64,000 bases of DNA from Bacillota bacterium (lineage in GTDB: Bacteria > Bacillota > Halanaerobiia > Halanaerobiales > DATFIM01): NCBI GenBank assembly GCA_051744805.1, contig JBNJDK010000002.1:9791-73790 (forward strand). Direction: 5' to 3'. Under the pieces are notes generated by a model. That model was not told the DNA's origin. It saw only the letters and a program-made list of their open reading frames with translations, and did no database searches. Each line of letters starts with the position of its first letter. Position 1 is the first letter of the stretch. Shown here piece after piece: positions 21,377-28,529 of this stretch. The position numbers and the translations under genes are program-made.

Positions 21377-21409
21377 CTTTAATCCCACCTCTCTATGTCT
21401 ATTAATGTC

Positions 21410-21910
21410 TTAGTCTTTATATTGTTCAATAATTTCTGGTACTTTTTCCGGTGTCAAACGTCCATGAGTATCATCATTAATCATAATAACCGGTGCTAAA
21501 CCACAGGCACCAATACAGGCAACAGTTTCTAAAGTGAATTCAAGATCTTCGGTAGTTTCTCCACTTTCAATACCAAGCTCTTCTTCAATTTTTTCTAAAA
21601 CTGGCCCTGCACCCCTAACATGACAGGCTGTACCCTGACATACTCTAATAATATTCTTTCCTCGAGGTTCTAAATGAAACTGACCATAAAAAGTAACTAC
21701 TCCATAAACCTGGCTTAAAGAAAGGTTTAAATTACAGGCTATTTCTTTCATAACATCTTCAGGCAAATACCCATATTCATTTTGGGCATCTTGAAGAATA
21801 GGAATAAGGTTCTTTTCACTTTTTTCATAGTCAGCCATAATATTATACAGAGGTTTTAGATACTTTTCTAAATTCTTTTTTTCATTACCACAATTACAGT
21901 TACAAGACAT
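21410..21910 (-). CDS. hndA: NuoE-like [2Fe-2S] subunit (HndA / HydC)
   Basis: RVCQGTACHVRG ... VACIGACGLAPV, the NuoE/HoxE Cys pattern. First gene after the promoter. Confidence 0.93.
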   Translation of the reverse strand: MSCNCNCGNEKKNLEKYLKPLYNIMADYEKSEKNLIPILQDAQNEYGYLPEDVMKEIACNLNLSLSQVYGVVTFYGQFHLEPRGKNIIRVCQGTACHVRGAGPVLEKIEEELGIESGETTEDLEFTLETVACIGACGLAPVIMINDDTHGRLTPEKVPEIIEQYKD

Positions 21911-21966
21911 ATAAATATACCTCCTTTAATAAAATTAATATAATTATAAATTTTTATTTTTTTCAT

Positions 21967-21984
21967 TAGTTATTACATTCACAT
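21967..21984. promoter_or_regulatory. Weak Rex-like palindrome in the hnd 5' UTR
   Basis: TAGTTAT-TACA-TTCACAT against TTGTKAA-N4-TTMACAA (11 of 14 informative positions), just downstream of the -10 box. Confidence 0.3.
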
Positions 21985-21996
21985 GAAGCTGATATT

Positions 21997-22025
21997 ATTA
22001 TATGTTACAAAAAAATCAATGTCAA
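21997..22025 (-). promoter_or_regulatory. Consensus sigma-A promoter of the hnd operon
   Basis: Minus strand: TTGACA (22025-22020), 17 nt, TATAAT (22002-21997), starting 4 nt after the PHP gene stop. Confidence 0.75.
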
Positions 22026-22028
22026 TAG

Positions 22029-22754
22029 TTAATTTAAGTCAAAATTACCAGATTTCAAATTTTTAAATAAATTTTCAAAATTACAGTTTTTAAAACTTGA
22101 TTTATACATTATTTTAATGTCATCTAAATAATGACTATCAGAATTTTTAAGTAATATATATTTTTTTAAATAAGGATACTGCTGCTTTAATTTTTTTCTA
22201 TTTGAATTTTTAGATATTTCTAGAATTTTAAAATTCAAATCTTTTGGAATAAAACCTAAATTTTTTATAATTCCATAACTTTTATCTATGTGAGACGGAA
22301 TAACAATTCCATTCATTTTACTAACTTTACTCACTATTTGATTTATATTTAAATTTACAGCTGTAGCCAACATTCTCTTTTCTTTTGCCTTATAATTATC
22401 ATTTTTATCAGTTAATAATTGATAACCAAAGTATTCTTCATCATTTTCAAGTTCTGGTAAATTTTTATAAATAATTTTTTGCCAGTCAATTAGTCGTTTT
22501 AAATCTGGAAAAAAACAGAGTAAATGTATTTCTTCAGAACTCTCTACTTCCATTCCAGGAATAACAGTAATTCCATATTTTTCAGCTAATTTTATTGTCA
22601 TCTCAACGTTTTTTGCACTATTATGATCAGTTATTGCAATAATATCAAGACCTATTTCATTGGCTTTTTTTAAAATATTTGCAGGTGTCATAACTAAACT
22701 TGCACAGGGAGATAATACAGAATGAATATGAAGATCTATATTATATTTTTTCAT
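22029..22754 (-). CDS. PHP-domain (polymerase/histidinol-phosphatase-type) phosphoesterase
   Basis: N-terminal DLHIHSVLSPCA ... IIAITDHNS, typical of PHP metal-site motifs. Overlaps the upstream gene by 4 nt. Confidence 0.85.
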   Translation of the reverse strand: MKKYNIDLHIHSVLSPCASLVMTPANILKKANEIGLDIIAITDHNSAKNVEMTIKLAEKYGITVIPGMEVESSEEIHLLCFFPDLKRLIDWQKIIYKNLPELENDEEYFGYQLLTDKNDNYKAKEKRMLATAVNLNINQIVSKVSKMNGIVIPSHIDKSYGIIKNLGFIPKDLNFKILEISKNSNRKKLKQQYPYLKKYILLKNSDSHYLDDIKIMYKSSFKNCNFENLFKNLKSGNFDLN

Positions 22755-23101
22755 TTTTTATCTTCTACCTGATTATCTTTTAATTGGTATAATAAACCAG
22801 CCAATTCGTAACTAGTAAGCTTAGAACGTAGAATATTAACTCCTTTTTCTTTAGCTCTTTTAATTGCTTTATCTTCTATTTCAAAATTTTCAGCCACTAC
22901 AACTGCAGCTACCTCTGTCAAGAGAGCAACAGCAATGACATTTTGATGGCTTTGAACTGTAAACCAGAGATCTCCTTTCTGAGCTTTAGCCATTACATTA
23001 CTTAAAAGATCTCCACAATATCCTCCCTCTACTTCTACTTCTAATGATGTTTCTACAACAATTTCTAAATCTAATTTATCGATTATCTTTTTTAATTTCA
23101 T
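22751..23101 (-). CDS. DRTGG-domain protein (paralog 2)
   Basis: About 116 aa, similar in length and pattern to the 24905-25261 product (MKL.K....L......, CG(A/G)DL(M/L)S(D/N)V(L/M)A, (AKE/K)KG(I/V), LL). Start set to ATG 23101 (MKLKKIIDKL); the longer track ORF overlaps the upstream gene further. Confidence 0.7.
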   Translation of the reverse strand: MKLKKIIDKLDLEIVVETSLEVEVEGGYCGDLLSNVMAKAQKGDLWFTVQSHQNVIAVALLTEVAAVVVAENFEIEDKAIKRAKEKGVNILRSKLTSYELAGLLYQLKDNQVEDKK

Positions 23102-24446
23102 CTTCTTCCACCTCACTTTCTTTACCCATAACTGGAGGAAGCTCATGTGCTAATGCTGACATTTCATCAGCAAGATCTCCAACTTTTTTCCTCAACATAA
23201 ATATACAATCTGTTCTTTTGGCCTGACCATTAACTATATCTTCAGCTAAAGTTTCACAGTCTGGTGCTCCACAGGCAGCACAATCAAGACCAGGCAAAAT
23301 TTCAATTTCTTCTTCAATAGCTGTTAATTTTTCCATTGCTTTATCTAAATCTTCATCAAGTTTAGCCACATCTGTAGCCTTAAATTCCTGACTAAGTTCA
23401 TAATTATAAGCTGAAAAATTCTGATCAACCATTAATTTCTCTGGAGATTCATTTTTATATTTTTCAACTAATTTTTTTATATTATATTTAGCCTGATAAG
23501 AATTATTAACATTTAAAACTCCCCCAACACAACCCTGGGGACAGGAAACTAACTCAAAATATTTGATACCTTTAATATTATCACGAGAAATTTCTTCTAA
23601 AATACCTTTAACTTCTTTAATACCAGAAACAGAAATAGTCTCTTTTTCATCATAATCATTCAAAATTTCTTCTTCTCCTCCACTTTGCCCCCAACTAATC
23701 CCTAAAAAAGGACGATCTTCATAATTTTTATCATCTGATGCCATTTTTTCTTCTAAATCATATTCTTCCATTATATCAAGTAATTTATCATAAATTTTTT
23801 CAACAGCAATTGCTCCATCTAAAAAACTTTTTTCCTGGCCTAAAGGGTTTTCAACAGTAGTTAATTTCGCCGGACAGGGAGTTATAAAAAATACACCGAT
23901 TTCATTTTTTGAAATATTCTTCTTTTTTGAAATTTCTCTTTTTACTTTTTCAGCCATTAATTCAACAGGAGATTTAATAGGCACTAAATTTTCCAGTAAT
24001 TCTGGAAACACTAATTTTATTAATCTTACTACAACAGGACAGGATGAAGAAATATAAGGGCCTTCATTTTTAGTTAAAAATTCCTGTGTTTTTTGGGATA
24101 TAGCCTCTGCAGCCATTGCTACATCAAATACTCCTGAAAAGCCTGTCATTTTTAAGCCTTTATAAATTTTATTAATATCTAATTTTTCATTAAATTGTCC
24201 ATAAAAACTTGGGGGAATTAAAGCACAGGAAAATTTATAATTATTTATTTCATCTATATTATTAGTTTCAGTATATTTAGCATGATATTCACAAGTTCTA
24301 ATACATTCTGCACAATCTATACAGAGATCCTCTTTAATCTGAGCTTTACCCTGGTGAACCCTAATTGCTTTTGTTGGACAATTTTTTACACAATTAGTAC
24401 ATCCCTCACATTTATCTTCTTTTAAAAGAACAGAATGTTTTTTCAT
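23076..24446 (-). CDS. [FeFe]-hydrogenase-like Fe-S protein with degenerate H-cluster motifs (putative sensory hydrogenase, HydS-like, group D / M2e type)
   Basis: 2x[4Fe-4S] motifs CEGCTNCVKNCP and CIDCAECIRTCE. H-domain variants SSSCPVVV, TPCPAK and VSCPQGCVGG. C-terminal CAACGAPDC-X16-C (Cx2Cx4Cx16C). Start moved to ATG 24446 (AGGTGA, 5 nt, ATG). Confidence 0.75.
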   Translation of the reverse strand: MKKHSVLLKEDKCEGCTNCVKNCPTKAIRVHQGKAQIKEDLCIDCAECIRTCEYHAKYTETNNIDEINNYKFSCALIPPSFYGQFNEKLDINKIYKGLKMTGFSGVFDVAMAAEAISQKTQEFLTKNEGPYISSSCPVVVRLIKLVFPELLENLVPIKSPVELMAEKVKREISKKKNISKNEIGVFFITPCPAKLTTVENPLGQEKSFLDGAIAVEKIYDKLLDIMEEYDLEEKMASDDKNYEDRPFLGISWGQSGGEEEILNDYDEKETISVSGIKEVKGILEEISRDNIKGIKYFELVSCPQGCVGGVLNVNNSYQAKYNIKKLVEKYKNESPEKLMVDQNFSAYNYELSQEFKATDVAKLDEDLDKAMEKLTAIEEEIEILPGLDCAACGAPDCETLAEDIVNGQAKRTDCIFMLRKKVGDLADEMSALAHELPPVMGKESEVEEDEIKKDNR

Positions 24447-24466
24447 ACTTTTCACCTACTCTCCAC

Positions 24467-24889
24467 TTAAACATTTAATACTGCTTTTATAGTTGTTCCT
24501 TCATTTTCAGAAGATTTTATATCTAACTGATCTGAATACTTTTCTACATTATTTAAACCCATTCCAGCTCCAAAACCTAATTCGCGTATTTCATCTTCAG
24601 CAGTTGAATATCCAGCCTGTAAGGCTTTATCTACATCTTTTATTCCAGGGCCATCATCCTCGGCAAAAATTTGCACTTCATTATTGGCAATTATAGCTGT
24701 TATTTTACCACCTTCAGAATGAATTATTATATTCATTTCTAATTCATAGGTAATAATAGAGATTTTTCTTATAATCTGAGTATCTACTCCTAACTTTCGC
24801 AAAAGAGATTTTAATTTACTGGAAACTTCTCCACCTTTTTTGAAATTTCTTCTCTCTATTTCTTCTTCAAGTAATTTTTTACTACCCAA
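24467..24889 (-). CDS. Small stand-alone GHKL ATPase (anti-sigma-factor-kinase-like, SpoIIAB/RsbW-like)
   Basis: 140 aa. E..(M)N...H N-box region, DDGPGI (G1), GFGAGMGL (G2). No DHp domain. TTG start after GGAGGA plus 6 nt. Confidence 0.75.
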   Translation of the reverse strand: MGSKKLLEEEIERRNFKKGGEVSSKLKSLLRKLGVDTQIIRKISIITYELEMNIIIHSEGGKITAIIANNEVQIFAEDDGPGIKDVDKALQAGYSTAEDEIRELGFGAGMGLNNVEKYSDQLDIKSSENEGTTIKAVLNV

Positions 24890-24904
24890 AATAATTCCTC
24901 CACT

Positions 24905-25261
24905 CTACTCAATTTCTTGTAATTTTTCTGGTCTTATCCCATTACTATACAATAAACCACAACTTTCAAATAATGGTTTTTTACTATAAAAAAGTTTAAT
25001 CCCTTTTTCTTTAGCAAGTTGAACCGTATCTAAAACAGGTTTTTTACCTCTTACAAAACAGATAACTTCAATATCTGTCATTTCTGCTGTTCTAACAACC
25101 TGAGGATTTGTAAGGCCAGTAAGAAGCATAGTTTTGCTATGGGAAAAGGCCAAAACATCACTCATTAAATCAGCTCCACAGGCTGTTTCTATTTCCACAT
25201 CTTCATATTCTTCAAAAACTGATTCAGCCCCTAACAATTCAACTACTTTAGTTAATTTCAT
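24905..25261 (-). CDS. DRTGG-domain protein (paralog 1)
   Basis: 118 aa. ACGADLMSDVLAF..., LLTGL.NPQVVRTAEM; first gene of the cassette, SD GGAGG upstream. Confidence 0.7.
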   Translation of the reverse strand: MKLTKVVELLGAESVFEEYEDVEIETACGADLMSDVLAFSHSKTMLLTGLTNPQVVRTAEMTDIEVICFVRGKKPVLDTVQLAKEKGIKLFYSKKPLFESCGLLYSNGIRPEKLQEIE

Positions 25262-25288
25262 ATAAAAACCTCCAGGATTTTGCTAGTA

Positions 25289-25306
25289 TTGTGATTTTTA
25301 TAACAA
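25289..25306. promoter_or_regulatory. Candidate Rex (NADH/NAD+-sensing repressor) operator
   Basis: TTGTGAT-TTTT-ATAACAA against TTGTKAA-N4-TTMACAA. The deviations are symmetric. Lies between the -10 box and the SD of the first cassette gene. Confidence 0.4.
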
Positions 25307-25327
25307 TATTTCCATTAATTTATTTTA

Positions 25328-25356
25328 ATTATACGATAATCAAGACAAATTATCAA
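25328..25356 (-). promoter_or_regulatory. Sigma-A promoter of the sensory cassette
   Basis: Minus strand: TTGATA (25356-25351), 17 nt, TATAAT (25333-25328). Confidence 0.65.
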
Positions 25357-25361
25357 CTAGA

Positions 25362-25397
25362 AATAGCAGCCCCTTCTAGCAATTAAGGGCTGCTATT
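25362..25397 (-). terminator. Hairpin terminator after the amidohydrolase gene
   Basis: ATAGCAGCCC (25363-25372) pairs with GGGCTGCTAT (25387-25396). The U-run is strong on the plus reading and weaker on the minus reading. Confidence 0.55.
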
Positions 25398-25424
25398 TTT
25401 TATTATTAATCATTTCAATGATAA

Positions 25425-26576
25425 TTATTCTTCTATTTTTTCTCCACTAATAAATACTGTATCTATTTTTGAGTTAAAATCAAAAGGATCACCATCAAAT
25501 ATTACTAAATCTGCATCTTTTCCTTTTTTAATACTTCCAATTTTATCATCCACACCTAAAATTTCTGCTGGATTAATAGTAATTGCTTTAAGTGCCTCTT
25601 TTCTATCCATACCTGATCTCACAGCTAAGGCTGCATACACAGGTAAGTAATGAATTGGAACTACTGGATGGTCACTCATAAGAGCTACTTTTACTCCTGC
25701 TTCAGCAAGTATTCCAGGAGTTTCATATGTTCTATCCATTAATTCAACTTTAGATCTCGTTGTAAGAGAAGGTCCTACAATAGCAGGGAAACCAGCATCT
25801 ACTATTTCCTTAACTACTTTATGACCTTCAGTACAATGTTCTAAAGTAACTTCAATATCAAATTCTTTTGCAATTCTAATAATAGTCATTATATCATCAG
25901 CACGATGTGCATGAGCTTTAAGAGGTAATTCTTTTTTGAGAACCCTGCTGATACTTTCCATTTTTATATCTCTTTTAAAAGGCTTATCCTCTTCTTCTGT
26001 ATGTGTTTTTTCTTTAAGATAGTCTTCAGCCTTCATGAATGTTTCTCTCATTTCAGCCGCTACTGCCATCCGTGTACGAGGACTTTTGTTTTGATCATTA
26101 TATACTCTTTTAGGATTTTCACCAAAAGCAGCTTTCATTCCTGCTGGATTTTTAACTATCATTTCATCTACAGTATTGCCCTTAGTTTTTAAAACTAAAT
26201 TTTCTCCTCCAATTACATTGGCACTCCCTGGGCCAGTCATTAAAGAAGTAATACCATGAGTTCTTGCATCTTTCATTCCTTCTTCATGTGGATTAATAGC
26301 ATCTATTGCTCTTAGATGAGGTGTAATAGGATCTGACATTTCATTATAATCTGCACCTTCCCACCCAATTCCTTCTTCACTAATTCCAACATGAGTATGA
26401 GCATCTATCATACCTGGCATCATAACTTTACCATTAGCTTCATATACTTCAGCCTCAGCTGGTATTTCCAGGTTTTCACCAATTTCTTTTATTTTACCTT
26501 CTTCAATTATAACTGTTCCCTTTTCATAATCCTTAGATTCCATTGTCAAAATTTTAGCACCTTTAATAGCTATCAT
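25425..26576 (-). CDS. Metal-dependent amidohydrolase-superfamily protein (COG1228-like)
   Basis: PGMIDAHTHVG (HxH metal site) and C-terminal GKDADLV..D, typical of amidohydrolase_1 enzymes. Confidence 0.8.
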   Translation of the reverse strand: MIAIKGAKILTMESKDYEKGTVIIEEGKIKEIGENLEIPAEAEVYEANGKVMMPGMIDAHTHVGISEEGIGWEGADYNEMSDPITPHLRAIDAINPHEEGMKDARTHGITSLMTGPGSANVIGGENLVLKTKGNTVDEMIVKNPAGMKAAFGENPKRVYNDQNKSPRTRMAVAAEMRETFMKAEDYLKEKTHTEEEDKPFKRDIKMESISRVLKKELPLKAHAHRADDIMTIIRIAKEFDIEVTLEHCTEGHKVVKEIVDAGFPAIVGPSLTTRSKVELMDRTYETPGILAEAGVKVALMSDHPVVPIHYLPVYAALAVRSGMDRKEALKAITINPAEILGVDDKIGSIKKGKDADLVIFDGDPFDFNSKIDTVFISGEKIEE

Positions 26577-26601
26577 TTATTTTCCTCCTAATAATTTAAA
26601 T

Positions 26602-27609
26602 TTATTGTTTTTTCTTTAATTTAAAATCTGCTACTGCTTTTCCTACTTTTGCTCCATGATGATTTTTAATAATATATTCATGATAATTTTGAAGTTTTTC
26701 TAATTGTTTTTTAGATAATAAATTTAATTGATTCATAGCTTCAATAGTAGCAGGTTTTACGCCTCTACTTCCACCATCTTTTATTTTTAATGCTAAACCT
26801 ATATTTTTTTTTACATGTCCAACACAAAAAACAGCCTGAGCCCCACTTTTTGCAAAAAATTCACCATTTCCTACCTTTAGTAATTCTGTATTAAATCTTT
26901 TAGTTCCTCCAATTAATTCTGGATATTTTTCCATACTTCTAGTAATTCGAATAGCTGCTTCTCTATACTTTTCAGGAAGAGATTTAGGATTAGTTAGTCT
27001 AGCATAAGCCAGGGCCATATTTTTTAATGGCATACCAAAAACTACTACTCCACAACCATCTACACCAGTATAAATCTTTTCCCTCGGGTATTTAGTTATT
27101 TCACTGATTACATCTAATAAATATTGCTGTAACGGATGCTCAAGTTCAGGATAATTCTCAAGATCCCAGCCATTATACTGACACATTGTTAACATTCCCG
27201 CATGTTTACCTGAACAATTATTTCTAATCAAAGGAGGTTCTTTCCCCTCTTCACATAAACGTTTAGCTGTTTTCTTATTTAGAGGAGGATGAGTTCCACA
27301 ATTTAAATCAGATTCTTTTAATCCAATTTTATTTAAAATTCCTCTAACAACTTTTACATGCTGATCTTCTCCACTATGAGAAGCACACATAATTGCAATT
27401 TCCTTATCAGTTAAATTATATTTGTCAGCAGCTCCAGAACTTACAACTGGTAAAGCCTGGACTGGTTTAGCAGCAGAGCGCCAATAAGTTAACATTTCAC
27501 TATTGCCAAACTCAGCCAATAAATCCCCCTTATCATTCACAACTGCCAGGTCCCCCTGATGAATAGATTCAATTAATTCCCCACGATAAACATTTACCAT
27601 ATCTTCGGC
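26602..27609 (-). CDS. Asparaginase-II-family protein (Rhizobium-type L-asparaginase family)
   Basis: VYRGELIESIHQGDLAVVN..., NCSGKHAGML. Start set to TTG 27609 (GAAGGGGG, 8 nt); ATG 27600 is the alternative. The 34-codon hydrophobic extension in the track ORF overlaps the promoter region. Confidence 0.7.
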   Translation of the reverse strand, partial: AEDMVNVYRGELIESIHQGDLAVVNDKGDLLAEFGNSEMLTYWRSAAKPVQALPVVSSGAADKYNLTDKEIAIMCASHSGEDQHVKVVRGILNKIGLKESDLNCGTHPPLNKKTAKRLCEEGKEPPLIRNNCSGKHAGMLTMCQYNGWDLENYPELEHPLQQYLLDVISEITKYPREKIYTGVDGCGVVVFGMPLKNMALAYARLTNPKSLPEKYREAAIRITRSMEKYPELIGGTKRFNTELLKVGNGEFFAKSGAQAVFCVGHVKKNIGLALKIKDGGSRGVKPATIEAMNQLNLLSKKQLEKLQNYHEYIIKNHHGAKVGKAVADFKLKKKQ

Positions 27610-27715
27610 CAAAATAATTGCCCCCTTCAAAATTTTAAAAAAATTAGCAAAAAATTTGCAAATTATTAATACTATATAAATTATTCTATAATTAAAAGTC
27701 AATCCCTTTAAAAAA

Positions 27716-27750
27716 TCAAAAAAAGATTCTTCGGTCTCCCAAAGAATCTT
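27716..27750 (-). terminator. Rho-independent terminator after mazF
   Basis: Minus strand: AAGATTCTT-tgggagaccg-AAGAATCTT followed by TTTTTTTG. Confidence 0.85.
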
Positions 27751-27754
27751 ATCT

Positions 27755-28105
27755 TTATAGATCTATTAAACCCAGGCTAATTTCAACTGCCTTATTAACT
27801 TTTTTTATAATTTCTTCATCCAAACTAGTTACTTTTCTTTGTAATCTTTTTTTGTCAAGAGTTCTTATTTGTTCTAATAAAATAACTGAATCCTTTTTTA
27901 AACTACTAACCTCTGCAGGAATCTCTACATGAGTAGGTAACTTTGCTTTATCAATTTTTGAAGTAATAGCTGCAACAATAATTGTTGGACTATATTTATT
28001 ACCTATATCATTTTGAATTACCACTACAGGACGAACTCCTCCCTGTTCAGAACCAATAACCGGGTTCAGATCAGCATAAAACACATCCCCTCTATTAACA
28101 TCCAC
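27755..28105 (-). CDS. mazF: MazF/EndoA (PemK-family) type II toxin endoribonuclease
   Basis: [45 protein letters not shown]...KLPTHVEI...[17 protein letters not shown] is nearly collinear with B. subtilis EndoA as I recall it. Start set to GTG 28105 (GGAG, 10 nt), giving 116 aa. Confidence 0.9.
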   Translation of the reverse strand: MDVNRGDVFYADLNPVIGSEQGGVRPVVVIQNDIGNKYSPTIIVAAITSKIDKAKLPTHVEIPAEVSSLKKDSVILLEQIRTLDKKRLQRKVTSLDEEIIKKVNKAVEISLGLIDL

Positions 28106-28229
28106 TTTATTCACACTCCAGTTAATCACACTTGGATAAACTTTCAAATTTCATTAAACAATTTTTCCAATTTCTACTTACTTTTGATAAATATGTAATT
28201 TAATAAACATAAAAACAAGACAATGAGGA

Positions 28230-28254
28230 GATGAGACTATTATCTTGTCTCATC
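28230..28254 (-). other. 8-bp stem-loop spanning the mazE stop codon
   Basis: GATGAGAC / GTCTCATC arms with a 9-nt loop containing the TAA stop. The T-rich tract lies about 12 nt further on, so it is not a canonical terminator. Confidence 0.4.
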
Positions 28255-28404
28255 CCAATGCTCCCCATCCTCTACTACAAAACCATTTTCAGCAAGCTTT
28301 TGATTGAGTGATGCCATTTTTTGGTACCCTTTTGCTAATTCTTTCGCAATTCTTTTGCGTTCTCTTTCACTTAAGTTATACCCCTGTTTAATATTATCAC
28401 CCAT
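28240..28404 (-). CDS. mazE: Short MazE-type antitoxin (54 aa, S. aureus MazE-like; no ribbon-helix-helix DNA-binding domain)
   Basis: Own translation: MGDNIKQGYNLSERERKRIAKELAKGYQKMASLNQKLAENGFVVEDGEHWDETR. The GY..MA.LN..LA.E core matches the toxin-binding segment of EndoAI / S. aureus MazE as I recall them. SD GGAGAGGTGA. Below the ORF-track size cut-off. Confidence 0.65.
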   Translation of the reverse strand: MGDNIKQGYNLSERERKRIAKELAKGYQKMASLNQKLAENGFVVEDGEHWDETR

Positions 28405-28461
28405 TTTTTCACCTCTCCAGCTAAGTCATTTATTACATAATTATTATCACATTTGTTAATA

Positions 28462-28490
28462 GTATATAATAAGCTGAAACTCCTGTCAAT
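28462..28490 (-). promoter_or_regulatory. Sigma-A promoter of mazE(-mazF)
   Basis: Minus strand: TTGACA (28490-28485), 17 nt, TATACT (28467-28462). Confidence 0.65.
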
Positions 28491-28529
28491 AGGGGTTTTA
28501 TAATATTTAACTCAAATTTTAAATATTAA

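Noticed and set aside
27610-27702. Hydrophobic, signal-peptide-like N-terminal extension of the asparaginase-II ORF
   Set aside because: The extension overlaps the promoter-like region that follows the mazF terminator and has no SD. An SD (GAAGGGGG) precedes the internal TTG/ATG starts.
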